The notes: generated by a model not told the origin, from the letters alone. DNA of 64,000 nucleotides from the human T2T-CHM13v2.0 reference genome, Homo sapiens (GCF_009914755.1 NC_060938.1), one strand, 5' to 3'. Positions 29,003 to 46,439 are shown, counted from the stretch's first letter. A program made the numbers and translations.

Positions 29003-30825
29003 TAGCACCTGGATTCTCTTTTCCTCCCACAATCCACACAGCTTTTGTGAGGCTGCCAATCAAGTGCCCTGCCCTTCCTGGCTAAGGGGTGGGCCTAGAG
29101 ATTTGAATCTTGAATAGAACTGCTGCCTCTTACAAGAAGTGCTGCCTCTTCTCCATCAGCGGGGATAATAATTTCAATTAAATAATCAGCCCTGTCTGCA
29201 TATTCAGCTTTTCTTTGTGTGATTCTGGGACCTACCCCATACCTTAATGATAAATTTCTTTATCATTGCATCTAGAATCAATCTGACAGATGGCATTTCA
29301 CATTTTTACTTAATTCTGCTTCAGTTTGGAAATTTACACACGTTTTCACAAGCATCAGAGAAATGGAAGACTTCCATTTGCTAAGTGTACAACTAGCTAT
29401 TTTTCTCTAGGGGGCAAAATGACAACCAATTAATTCAATAAAAATTGTCTTTTATAAATCTTATGCAACAATTTGATCATCTCTAAGGGTTTGGGTACCA
29501 GCAAGAGCTATGAAGAGAGAGCTTTATGAAGCAAGTGAAACAGCTTTACGCTGGCACCTGTTCAAGCCGGAAGACTAGAATTCCAGCCTTCTGTTGCTGG
29601 AGCCTGGTGTTGCACTGCAGACCTTTGGCCATTAACGGTGGTTGTAGAAGACCCACTTGGGGAACTGGTTTCTCCACTCCAGAGAGCCTCTTAGAGGGTC
29701 TTCTGCTGCTGCTCTGACCCCCATGACCCCTACACTGTGGCCTCCCTTTTAATCAGCCCTGGGCTCCTGACCCACCACAACCCCCACTAACCTCCATACC
29801 TAAACAGGAAGGGCCACATCCTCTTCTTTACCCACAGATCCCCAGAGTGTCTCTCCGCTCTTGGCTGGACCACACAGCCTAGAGGGAGGTCTGAGTTCAT
29901 CCACCCGAGTCAGGGTGGTAGCACTGAGTTATTTTTGAGAATCCTATTTTCAAATATTAAAAATTCAAATATTGATGAATTCAAGGTGATAGAACAACAA
30001 TCCCAACACAACAATGTCACCATTGCTGATGGCTAACAGCTGTGGACATGCTGCTGTATTTACAGTGTTTCTAGACTCTGTGAAAAGAATGTCAGGGATC
30101 CCTCATGGTTTTTTTTTTCTACCCCATGATTATATAGGAGTTAATCATCACCAAAAAGCTCTCGCAGGGGCTTTGGACTAAATCATGCACTACTATGAAG
30201 ATTAATGCCCGCGTGGAGTCCATGAATTTGTAATCAGCACTCACTTCATACTTGTTGATGGCAACCGATGACTGAGTCCAGATGAGAGCTTAACTGAAGC
30301 TTCAGTGGACTGTAGTGTGTCATCTAATTGAGTGACAACCTTAATGACAAAAAGGGGAAGGATTCAGGAAATTGAATGTGTAAAGAGCTCCTTGTTGGCT
30401 TATGATTCTCTATGCCTAGAAAATGAGTCATTAATGGCAGGAATATTTGGGGGAAATTTTTGGCCTCAAAATATTCACCACATCAGGCAGTGACTCTTTA
30501 CTCAAGGACAAAGTTACTGTGACAGTTGTGAAAAATGAAATAAACCACAGGGTGGATAATCGACACGTGGCTATATGGGAATTAAGTGTGTGTTTGAGCA
30601 GAGAAATGAAAATGAGGAGTCCAGGAAGTTCCATTTTTGAGCTCAGTGTAGTTTTCTTCCAGTTGGGCAGGTATTATGAAAAACCCCAAGGTGATAAAAC
30701 CTTACTCCAAGATTTTACAACTGTAGGCAAAATAATATATTCTATCAGGTTTCTAAATTCAACTAATGAGAGAATCCTTCAATTGGTGATATCAAGGGGG
30801 AACACAGTAATTTTCTTATCACTAT

Positions 30826-31116
30826 TTTTTTTTTTTTGAGACAGGGTCTTGCTCTGTTGCCCAGGCTGAAGTGCAGTACGCCATTGTGGTTCACTATAAC
30901 TTCCGCCTCCTGGGTTAAAGTAATCCTCCTGCCTCAGCCTACTGAGTAGCTGGGACTATAGGTGTGCACCACCACAGCCGGCTAATTTTTGTACTTTTTG
31001 TAGAGATGGGGTTTTGCCATGTTGCCCAGGCTGGTCTTGATCTCCTGGGCTCAAATGACCCACCCACCTCAGCTTCCCCAAGTGCTGGGATTCAGGCATG
31101 AGCCACTGCAGCCAGC
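30826..31116 (-). mobile_element. AluJ
   Basis: Diverged dimer. Confidence 0.9.
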
Positions 31117-31141
31117 TACTAACGTTTTAAGAAGATGCACT

Positions 31142-31439
<298 letters not shown>

Positions 31440-31444
31440 GCAAA

Positions 31445-31940
31445 GGCATAAGTGTAACTTTAAAATTAGATTTCTCACTTTTAATTTAAAATCGGAATAG
31501 GTAACACAATTACATGGTTCAGGGTATATGGTCCTATTGGCATCCAGTTTTCTTCCCTCTAAGCACACCAATGTCAAAAAATATATGTTTTACATGTATT
31601 TTTTTCTGTGATAATTTAGGCATATGCAAATACACGTAGTTATTCTTTCTTTTCATTTTTACAAAAAGGGTACCATTATAAGCATTGTGCTCCTTGCATT
31701 TTTCACTAACTATATTTTGGAGCTTTTATCATATCACTACACAGACAGACTATATTTCACTAACTATATTTTGGAGCTTTTATCATATCACTACGCAGAA
31801 AGACTCTTCATTCCTTTTTGTGGCTACATAGTGTCATATTCCTTGGATGTATTATAGCATAATTTATTTAACCAGTCCTTTTGATGGACATTTAAGTTAT
31901 TGCTAATCTTTTGCTATTACAAACAGTGCCACAATACCCT
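31445..31940 (-). mobile_element. Old L1M 3' fragment with an internal 54-bp tandem duplication (~31700-31805)
   Basis: ttttgatggacatttaagttattgctaatcttttgctattacaaacagtgc motif. Confidence 0.65.
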
Positions 31941-32182
31941 CACACTGCGCATGCCAAACAGGGGCCGTATCACCTGCAAAGGAGTGAAAATGGGTTCTTG
32001 GCAGGGGCAAAGAAATTTCTGTTTTCCTTTATAATGCACAGATACGCATACAGCACACAAATATACATAGAGCACACAAATAGATGTATCTATGGCATTA
32101 TAATTTCTTGAGGGGGTAGAAAGCAAAGAAAAAAATATCTAAAATGGTTCCTTGGGTTGCCAACAATAAAAACACTGTTGAT

Positions 32183-33992
<1,810 letters not shown>

Positions 33993-34334
33993 ATTGAGAA
34001 ACACTACCCTAGCCCAGTCACCACTGTCAAGGGGGTACAGGACTGCTAGCTATGAACAGCTGAGACTCAATCATGCTGGCATGACACTCTGTAGGAACCG
34101 TGCTCATTGATGTTGGAGAAAGTTGGGATGCTGAGAGCAAAGCGGAATGGAGGTGACTGTCAGAAATCTCCCAGAAGATTGGTAGTCTTGAGTCTACTGG
34201 CATCTGGGCCAAGGAGGGCCATCCTACCAGGAGCTTGGGAACCCTGGGAGCCTTGGACTCTGGTTTGGTGTGTGGGGCAGGACATGGAATGAATGAGGGA
34301 ACGTCTCCAATGACAATCTCACCTCTTAACTTAG

Positions 34335-34752
<418 letters not shown>

Positions 34753-35515
34753 TGAATGCATTTGGCACCAGTCAGGGTTTAGAATAACTTGTACTTTCCC
34801 TTGTGTGTAATTACAGTTGGCATTCTTTCTTTGACAAAAAAAGAGGAATAAAGGAGTCACGACCAAAACATAGTCGTTTACAAATTACTGTGAGTCCTTC
34901 TCTAGTTAAAAGCCAGTTAACACACACCAAGCATTTTATCCACTGAAGATTTGTTGGGGGTCACACATATCTCTGAGTCTCTCTCAAAACCTCTCTCTGC
35001 TGCTCGCACGGAAGTCATTGCTCTCCCCACACCCTACCGCTTCCTTTCACAGTCCAGCAGGTTTGTTTTCTGCTTCCAAAACCATTGCCATTCCTTGTCC
35101 AGCCTTCTAGGGGACAAGCTGGCTTCCTGTGTCCGAATGGGGAAGACAGTTTCTGTTCCTACTGTTCATCAGGAACCAGTCAGGTCGCAGACACAGACAG
35201 TCTCAGGACAGGAGAGGCAAACAATGTCACCAAAATGCCAAGACAGCCCTTGAAATACAGCCAGAGGAACCAAGCTGCACTTAAAAGAATTCCAGCTCTG
35301 ACTGGAGGGTGTGCCTGAGGCAGGTGAGGGGGACCCCTCAGCTGTGCAAGGTGCCAGTTCCAGGAGCTCTTGCTGGCTGCCAGCTGCTTTCTAAGGAAGG
35401 TGGACCCTGTGCCTTCCTCCTCCACCATCCACCCTGTTTTCTAAATTTCTTTCTCTCTCTCTCTGTCTTTCCCCCCACCTCTCTCTCTCCCCCTACCTCT
35501 CTCTCTCCCTTTCTC

Positions 35516-35935
35516 AGACAGGGTCTTGCTCTGTTGCCCAGGCTGGAGTTCAGTGGTGAGATCACGGCTCACTGCAGCCTCGACCTCCTAGGCCCGAGGG
35601 ATCCTCCCACCTCAGCCTCCCAAGTAGCTGGTACCACAGGCACAGGCCACTATGTCCAGCTAATTTTTTTTGTTGTTTGTTTCTTAGAGAGACGGGGGTC
35701 TCCCTATGTTGCCTGGCTGGTCTTGAACTCCTGGGCTCAAGCAATCTTCCTGCCTTAGCCTCCTGAGTAGCTGAGACTAGAGGCATGCACCAACACACCC
35801 AGCTAATTTTTTACTTTTTGTAGAGACAGGGTCTCCCTTTGTTGCCCAGACTGGTCTCAAACTCCTGGGCTCAAGCACTCCTCCCACCTCAGCCTCCCAA
35901 AGTGCTGGGATTATGAGTGTAAGCCACTGCACGTG
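35516..35935 (-). mobile_element. AluJ-type element with three monomer units
   Basis: Three successive arms separated by T-rich linkers. Confidence 0.75.
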
Positions 35936-36049
35936 ACTTGTTTTTTCAAAGCACTGGGATAACAGACGAAAGCTGTCAGCAACCTGAGGAGTCATCTTGT
36001 CTACTCAGTTGTTGAGTGCAATGACATGAGAAGCAAAAGATCCTCGAGC

Positions 36050-36589
<540 letters not shown>

Positions 36590-36950
36590 TAAGAATCTCC
36601 AAAGAGCTCTCGGTGTAGTTTTTGTTTGCATTTCTTTTACTAGTGAGGCTGACTATCTTTCATGTACTAAAAGTCATATGCATTTCATTTTCTGTGAACT
36701 GTTAATCATGTTTGTTCACTTTTCCTGTCATATTAGTTTATTGATCCTTATGGATTTCTATGAGATATTATGTCTTCAGGAAATGAATCTCTTGCTGGAA
36801 AATGAAGTGCAAGTATTTTCGCACTTTGACATTTGCTTTTTGACTTTGATCACAGCAGGTTTGTCAAGCATACTGTTTTCATTTTATGGTGAAACGTATC
36901 CATCTTTTCCTTTATGGCTTCTGGAACTTGAGTGATAATTAGGTAACTTT
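36590..36950 (-). mobile_element. Old L1M fragment
   Basis: ttttgtttgcatttcttttactagtgaggctgactatcttttcatgt..., ttttcctttatggcttctgg. Confidence 0.65.
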
Positions 36951-37114
36951 TGTCTTTTTAAATGTATGTTTCCAACAAAGAAAGAAAGAAAGAATATCTT
37001 AGAAAATAAGACAACTGATTAGGGCTGAACACGGTGCCCTGGGTAGGCTAATAAGAGAAAAGTTGCAAATTAATATTCTTCAAATATTTATTTAAATTTA
37101 TTTAAATTTATTTA

Positions 37115-37318
37115 GGCTGGGTGCAGTGGCCTCAAACCCCTGACCTCAAGTGATCTGCCCGCCTCGGCCTCCCAAAGTGCTGGGATTATAGGCGTGAGCC
37201 ACTGCTCCTCGCCTTGAACTGCATTTCTTAACTTTTTTTTTTTTTTTGAGAAGGAGTCTCACTCTGTCTTGGCCTGCCAAAGTGCTGGGATTACAGGCGT
37301 GAGCCACTGCGCCTGGCC
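37115..37318. mobile_element. Two deleted Alu remnants
   Basis: A plus-strand Alu head fused to a minus-strand left arm, then an internally deleted minus-strand Alu with TSD. Confidence 0.85.
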
Positions 37319-37340
37319 TCTCAACTTTTAAAAAAGAATT

Positions 37341-38760
37341 TTTTTTTTTTTTTAAATTTTTATTTTTTTTAGTATTTATTGATCATTCTTGGGTGTTTCT
37401 CGGAGAGGGGGATTTGGCAGGGTCATAGGACAATAGTGGAGGGAAGGTCAGCAGATAAACATGTGAACAAGGGTCTCTGGTTTTCCTAGACAGAGGACCC
37501 TGCGGCCTTCGGCAGTGTTTGTGTCCCTGGGTACTTGAGATTAGGGAGTGGTGATGACTCTTAACGAGCATGCTGCCTTCAAGCATCTGTTTAACAAAGC
37601 ACATCTTGCACCGCCCTTAATCCATTTAACCCTGAGTGGACACAGCACATGTTTCAGAGAGCACCGGGTTGGGGGTAAGGTTATAGATTAACAGCATCCC
37701 TAGGCAGAAGAATTTTTCTTAGTACAGAACAAAATGGAGTCTCCCATGTCTACTTCTTTCTACACAGACACAGTAACAATCTGATCTCTCTTTCTTTTCC
37801 CCACATTTCCCCCTTTTCTATTCGACAAAACTGTCATCGTCATCATGGCCCGTTCTCAATGAGCTGTTGGGTACACCTCCCAGACGGGGTGGCGGCCGGG
37901 CAGAGGGGCTCCTCACTTCCCAGACGGGGCGGCCTGGCAGAGGCGCCCCCCACCTCCCTCCCGGACAGGGCGGCTGGTGGGCGGAGGGGCTCCTCACTTC
38001 CCAGACGGGGCGGCCGGGCAGAGACGCTCCTCACCTCCCAGATGGGGTGGCGGTGGGGCAGAGACACTCCTCAGTTCCCAGACGGGGTCGCGGCCGGGCA
38101 GAGGCGCTCCTCACATCCCAGAGGGGGCGGCAGGGCAGAGGCGCTTCCCACATCTCAGACGATGGGCGGCCAGGCAGAGACGCTCCTCACTTCCCAGACG
38201 GGGTGGCGGCCGGGCAGAGGCTGCAGTCTCGGCACTTTGGGAGGCCAAGGCAGGCGGCTGGGAAGTGGAGGTTGTAGCGAGCCGAGATCACGCCACTGCA
38301 CTGCAGCAGGGGCAACATTGAGCACCGAGTGAGCGAGACTCCGTCTGCAATCCTGGCACCTCGGGAGGCCGAGGCAGGCAGATCACTCGCGGTCAGGAGC
38401 TGGAGACCAGCCCGGCCAACACGGCGAAACCCCGTCTCCACCAAAAAATGCAAAAACCAGTCAGGTGTGGCGGCGCGCGCCTGCAATCCCAGGCACTCTG
38501 CAGGCTGAGGCAGGAGAATCAGGCAGGGAGGTTGCAGTGAGCCGAGATGGCGGCAGTACAGTCCAGCCTCCGCTTTCACAACTTTGGTGGCATCAGAGGA
38601 AGACCGGGGACAGGGAGAGGGAGACGAGGGAGAGGGAGAGGGAGAGGGAGACGGGAGAGGGAGAGGGAGACGGGGGAGGGAGAGGGAGACGGGGGAGGGA
38701 GAGGGAGACGGGGGAGGGAGAGGGAGAGGGAGACGAGGCAGAGGGAGACGAGGGAGATCC
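37341..38760 (-). mobile_element. Full-length SVA retrotransposon, older subfamily (SVA_A-C type, probably B)
   Basis: Read on minus: (CCCTCT)n-type hexamers ~38605-38757, Alu-like ~38220-38600, short GC-rich VNTR ~37870-38220, SINE-R ~37372-37870, AATAAA (37375-37380), poly(A); TSD TAAAAAAGAATT at 37329-37340 and 38761-38772. Confidence 0.95.
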
Positions 38761-39019
38761 TAAAAAAGAATTCTTCTAAGGAGCCCTTTTAGACATTTTC
38801 CCCTCCTAATTGTCCTTCTCCTCCCCACTATGTATAAAACTTTAATACCACAAATATACTGTCTATCTGTTTATGTTTATACATAAAGCTGTTTATAGGA
38901 CCTCTTGGAGGATGACAAACCATTGTAATATCTAGGACTTTTTCACACCCTACCGGGAGCCCATTCTCTCCTCCTTGGAGTCACATCGCTCCCATTGACC
39001 ACTCACGGTATAGGATGAC

Positions 39020-39616
39020 TGTGCTAGTTTCCTAGGCTTATTGTAACCAATTACACCACAAACTTGGTGGCTTAAAACAACAGAAACTTATTCTCTCATA
39101 GTTCTGGAGTCCAGAAGGTCAAAATTAAGGTGTCTGCAGGGCTGTGCTACCTCCGGAGGCCCTAAAAGGGAACCCTTCCTGACCTCTTCCGGCTCCTAGT
39201 GGCTCCTGGCATGGCTTGTGGCAGCTGAACTCTGATCTCTGCCTCCATCTTCACAAAGCATTTTCCTCTGCTCTGTGTCTTCTCCTTTTCTGTGTGTCAA
39301 ATCTCCCTCCACCTTTCCCATATAAGGACACCTGTTGGCCGGGCATGGTGGCTCACACCTGTAATCCCAGCATTTTGGGAGGCCGAGGCGGGTGGATCAC
39401 GAGGTCAGGAGTTCAAGACCAGCCTGGCCAAGATGGTGAAACCCTGTCTCTACAAAAAATACAAAAATTAGACTGGCGTGGTGGCAGGTGCTTGTAATCC
39501 CAGCTACTCCAGAGGCTGAGGCAGAGAATTGCTTGAACCCAGGAGGTGGAGGTTGCAGTGAGCCGAGATCGCACCACCGCACTCCAGCCTGGGCGACAGA
39601 GTGAGACTCCCTCTCA

Positions 39617-39647
<31 letters not shown>

Positions 39648-39790
39648 AAAATTTTAAAAATAAGGACACCTGTCACTGGATTTTGGGCCCACACTGATAA
39701 TCTAGAATATCTCAGCTGGTGATCTTTAACTTTTTCCAAATAAGGCTACACACACAGGTGCCAGTGCCTAAGACATCTCTTTATGGAAGC
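39020..39790 (-). mobile_element. MLT1C-like MaLR LTR interrupted by a plus-strand AluS (39337-39650)
   Basis: ggtggcttaaaacaacagaaacttattctctcatagttctggag; Alu TSD ataaggacacctgt. Confidence 0.85.
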
Positions 39791-40101
39791 CATCATTTAG
39801 TCACGATGATGACGAAAATATTTCTAGAGGCAGGGGGTGCATCACTTGCCTACAGAGGAACGTCACATTCATTCTTCAGCGACATCAGCCAGAAAGCTGT
39901 GTACACGTCACAACTCACACTGCTGGCCTAGTGTACTTTTTAACATTTTGTGATGTTTCTAGTAGTTACAGTGATTTTATTCCAGGAAATCTGGGGAGCA
40001 CCTGTCCCTCAGATTTTGCCTACCCCAGAAAAGACGTCTGAAAAACTTCGAAAAACCCAGAAGTTTTATCGCCTAAACTTTGCCTCAGATGTAGCCCTTT
40101 T

Positions 40102-40133
40102 GTGCCCTCTAGTGGAAATTACGGTAACTGCAG
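40102..40133 (-). promoter_or_regulatory. CTCF binding site: core plus upstream (ZF9-11) module
   Basis: Minus strand CTGCAGTTACcgtaatttCCACTAGAGGGCAC; local CpG retention. Confidence 0.75.
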
Positions 40134-40527
40134 TCATACTTTTCCGAGGAACCGGTAGTCGCAGATTTAAAAAGATTAGTGAGACATAAGTTGCGTTTCA
40201 ACCCAAAAAAGGAGCTTGGACCGTCTATACTATGATCCAATCCAATGTACTGTGCATCTTTGAGAGAAGCAATGCTAAACAGAGCAAAAGGAAACTGCCT
40301 GAGTTGTGAATTCGGTTCTTCTCTGCCCTGCACTTCCTTTTTACAGAAACAAAAGAAGTGGAGGCTGCTTGGGGGAGGAAGACAGAATGATGACAGCTGT
40401 GTATCTCCTCCAGCCATAAAATCCTAAGAAGGGGGTGCAGCGCTTTCCTTAAAGAGATATTAAAACGTCTTGGTTTTCAGTTTTTAATCGTACTTTGGCC
40501 AGAGTATCACTACTTGGTAACACTTTC

Positions 40528-40848
40528 ATTTATTTATTATTATTTTTTTTTTGAGACAGAGTCTCGCTCTCTCACCCAGGCTGGAGTGCAGTGGCGCGAT
40601 CTTGTTTCACCACAACCTCCGCCTCCTGCAAGCAGTTCTCTGCCTCAGCCTCCCGAGTAGCTGGGATTACAGGTGCACGCCATTACACCCGGCTATTTAT
40701 TTTTATTTTTATTTTTATTTTTATTTTTAGTAGAGATGGGGTTTCACCATGTTGGCCAGGCTGGTCTTGAACTCTTGACCTCATGATTCACCCGCCTTGG
40801 CCTCCCAAAGTGTTGGGATTACAGGCATGAGCCACCTTGCCCAGCCGG
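40528..40848 (-). mobile_element. AluS
   Basis: TSD ggtaacacttt. Confidence 0.93.
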
Positions 40849-41590
40849 TAACACTTTTAAGAAAATCTAAGCAAATCCTCCAACTATATTTCTTGCAATT
40901 TCTCATCATTATGATCTCATGACAGTGTCAACCTACTGGAGGAAGAAAGACATGCGTGGAAAGGCCATGCCCCGTGTAAGAATATTCACGCCCAACAGCA
41001 TCTCCAGGTAGCATTCGTGGAAGAGTTAGCCCCCAGCTCCGTCACAGTGCCCCTCCTTCCTGGCACAAGGCCTTCGCCTTAATAAGCATTCAGGCGGTGT
41101 TGAGTGGAATTGCCACACTGTAGCAAGGAGGGCGGGGGCTGCCTTGGTTTCTTTTCAGCGGTGGCTTAAGTACTCAGTGTTTCCTGCTTTTTGGTTGGCA
41201 AAGGGCTTTGTCACTTCAGTGGATTGCCTTCAATGTAGAGCCCTCCTGACCCAATTTCTGGAGCACCGCCACCCCACTGCGGGGTAGAAGTTGTCATCCC
41301 TGGGTCCCCCATGGGCCATGAAAGCACCTGCCAGACATACTCACTTTCTTTTCCCTCCTTGAAGCTGTTTTTCTAGGAGGGATTTCTCCTGCTTTCTTGG
41401 GAACAGGGAGAATTGATTGGGTAACTAGTTCAGAGAAATCTTACATGAAGTAGCTAGTTAAGTACACAGTGCCACATAAGTCATTCAAGTACATTTGTAT
41501 TTAGGCAGGTTTTCACAAGAGATGACTCTGGGTCTTCACTATCTTTCAGAATGTTATTTCTACTGGAAAGTCCATCTGCTCATTCAAATT

Positions 41591-42145
<555 letters not shown>

Positions 42146-43005
42146 TAAGTGTTGGACATTGTGCCAAGCTCTGGGCACACACCACACTGGTGGGTGAGAT
42201 GGACTGGTGCCTGTCCTTTTGAGATTTAACAATAGGGATATGAAGATTAATTAAATACCATAATCAATAAGTGCTATAAAGGGAAAACACGGGGGATGTA
42301 TAACAGATGGTCTTGATTTAATGGGGGGGCAGTCAGGCAAGTCTGAGCAGAGACTTGGAGGAGAGTGAGCTTGGGCAGAGGGCAGAGGGAGGGAAAAAAG
42401 GCACAGCATAGTGTTGAGGCCCCAGCAGTGAGGAGAATTGAAATAGGTATGATGAATACTGCTCACGCACACACTCCCCCGTTAGTTCCATTAATCTCCA
42501 TTAGCTCAGCTATTTCAGGTAAATGGATGTGGGAGGTCTCGTTCTAAATTTGTAGACAAACTGAGTTGGTAGCAGTTAAATGAGAAGCTCTTACAAATTC
42601 CAACCAGGGAAGTAGCGTTAGTCTTGCCAAGCGCCTGAAGGCCACTGTTTAGGGAGTCCTTGAAGGTAGTGCTGATACCCGATTCACTGTGTCACCCTGT
42701 ATTACACTTGATAGCAATTGATAGCATAAGTTATACACAGAGATGTGATCTAGAAGCAAGTCAAACGCTGATGTTTTCCGTAACTATTTACTAACTATAA
42801 AGTTTGCTGATACCATGGAGAAGAATGAATTTGTGATTGTGGCAGCCTCATCTGAAGAGGGCCACCATCCACTCCTTCCCTCCTTGGATGCCCAAGTCAC
42901 TCCTCCACTGGGAGGTGGATCCTGTTTCTCCAACCAGCAACCCTTGAATCTGGGCTGGCCCAAGTGACCTGTGGACCAATAGGATGCAGTGGAATGATGG
43001 TTGAG

Positions 43006-43327
<322 letters not shown>

Positions 43328-43895
43328 AATGGTTGAGATTTCTAAGTCTAGTCCTAAGAAGCCCCTGAGCACCATCTTGGCTCTTGGAGTGCTCACTCTG
43401 AGGCAGTTTTGTCTGCCCCGAGATCCCCACACGTGGAGAGGGTGATGCTGGCCAGCCCAGCCTGGGCACCAGGCATGTGTGTGAAGGAGCCATGTTGGAT
43501 GTTCAGCTCCAGGTGTATGTCAAACGAAAAAAGGCTGCGGTCCCAGCCACATGGCTCCTCAAACCAGTCAAGCCATCTCACCTCACACTAGACATGGTGG
43601 AGCAGAGACAAGCCAATCCCGATGTGCTCTAGCTGTTTTTTTATGTCTTTACAACTGTAAAGCAGCAGATGTCTGCAAACACTGCTTTAGCAGCACATGC
43701 TAAGCATAGAACAGCACTTGTGAGCATGGACTAGGATGACGCACACTTGGGAGAAACGTTGCTCATTTTGTTGTTACTCTTTCCTGTTCCTTCATGGGCA
43801 CTGCGTTTATAACTCCACTGTAAACCTTACCAAGCTGTATTAAGGGGACAGCATAACATAACAGTTTACAACTTGGGTGCTTTTAGCCAAGACAA

Positions 43896-44223
<328 letters not shown>

Positions 44224-44548
44224 TAACACTAGCTGAGTGACCTTGAGCAAGTTGCTTAGCTTGTCCAAGCCTGTTGCCTCATCTGTTAAATGAGAATGAC
44301 ATGACTAGTACTGACATCCTGGAGTACTGAAGATTAAATTCAATAATGGATGTAAAACACTTAGCATCTGTCACATATTGTGTTCAGTCAATGGTGAAGA
44401 TGACCCGCAGAGGAAAACAGCCTCTTTCATTTCAGTCTTTCATTCATACTCATCTTTAAATTCATTTTACACTTCAGGGTCTGGAAGATAGTAGGTGATT
44501 AATAAAGGCTGTTGAATGAATGCCCACATGAAACCTTATGTTATAAAC

Positions 44549-44866
44549 TTTATTTTAAATTTTGAGACAGGGTCTCACTCTGTCACCCAGTTTGGAATGC
44601 AGTAGTATGATCTTGGCTCACTGCAATTTCCACCTCCCAGGCCCAAGTGATCTTCCCACCCCAGCCTCCCAACCTTCCAGGTAGCTGAGACCACAGGCGT
44701 ACGCCACCATGCCCAGCTAATTTTTTTTTTTTTTTTTTTTTTTTTTTGTAGAGACGGGGTTTCACCATGTTGCCTAGGCTGGTCTCAAACTCCTGACCTC
44801 AAGCGATCTGCCTGCCTCGGCCTCCCAATGTGTTGGGATTACAGGCATGAGCCACTGCGCCCGACC
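44549..44866 (-). mobile_element. AluJ/S with an expanded linker
   Basis: TSD ccttatgt(t)ataaacttta. Confidence 0.9.
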
Positions 44867-45212
44867 CCTTATGTATAAACTTTAATATTGACCTCTTTAA
44901 CATAAACTTTACTTATAAATTGTTTGGAGTCAACCATTTTAGGACAGTGGAATGTTGTCATTTCCACCAGGAAGCCTTGTAAAGGGTCTGGTGTCAGTGG
45001 AATAAAAAGTCAATTTGGTTTCTTTTGGCACTTAAGACCTCCCACAGCTGGACAGGACCTTAAGGACCATCCCCAGTACCCAGTCTCTTGATGCCTATGA
45101 GAACCCTGTACAGCGAATGACTTGTCTGGGGTCACCCAACCACTGTGAAGACTCGACTGCAGTCCAGAACTTTCTCGCTATGGCGTCCTTCCCGTTTTCC
45201 TTCGCATTTTAG

Positions 45213-45614
<402 letters not shown>

Positions 45615-46140
45615 ATGGACCTTTCCCTTATGCATCTGTCTGATTTGTCATAATGGCCTGCCCTGAAATGGTGACTCACAATTACAAAGCCCCTTTAAGT
45701 AGTGGCAATAGGTCAGATGACATGGAGTTTCATTTCTCTGTAAATTGGGGTTTCATCTCTGTTCATGGGTTTCTCCTCTATTTAACTGCTCGAAGGCACA
45801 AATGTGCTCTCTTAACTTAATGTACTGTGTTGAGACTCAATAGATTCTTTGGTTTAGCTAATGTGAGAACACAAAACATCAGTCTAGTTATGAGGCTTTA
45901 ATTACTTTTAAGTCTCAAATGAGTGATGAAATACAGATACCAATTACACAAACTTAAGGCTTCAATTACTTTTTCCTCCTTTTGAAATAAAGGCAGTTCT
46001 TTACAGGCCCAGTGTGGGTGCTTTCACCTACAGCACATACTTCAGCTACGGTCCAAAGAAGGCTAAAGGGAAAATACCGTGCTCTTCTCAGCTCTCGCGG
46101 TCCTGGAAGTAAATTTCCATGCACTGAAAGAAGTAAGATG

Positions 46141-46439
46141 GGCTGGGTACAGTGGCTCACACCTGTAATCCCAGCACTTTGGGAGGTTGAGGTGGGAGGA
46201 TCGCTTGAGACCAGGAGTTTGAGACCAGCCTGGGAAACATAGGGAGACCCTGTTTCTACAAAAAATAAAAAAATAGCTGGCCGTGGTGGCACACACTAGT
46301 ACTCCCAGCTATGCAGGAGGCTGGGGTGGGAGAATTTCTTGAGCCCAGGAGTTTTGAGGCTGCAGTGGGCTCTAACTAAGCCACTGCACTCAGCCTGGAC
46401 AACAGAGTGAGACCCTGTCTCAAAAAAAAAAAAAAAAAA
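46141..46439 (+). mobile_element. AluJ
   Basis: Dimer; TSD taagatg. Confidence 0.92.

Noticed and set aside
30447-30839. 130-aa plus-strand ORF in unique DNA
   Set aside because: Non-ATG start, runs into an Alu poly(T), no recognisable homology or splice context
37383-38792. Several 70-157 aa ORFs
   Set aside because: All lie in the SVA SINE-R, VNTR, Alu-like or hexamer regions
40948-40972. Two CATG half-sites resembling a p53 element
   Set aside because: Each half has a mismatch and the 5-bp spacer is unfavourable
43684-43705. TAGCAGCACAT, identical to the miR-15 5' end
   Set aside because: Only 11 nt match and only a 6-bp local stem; no pre-miRNA hairpin
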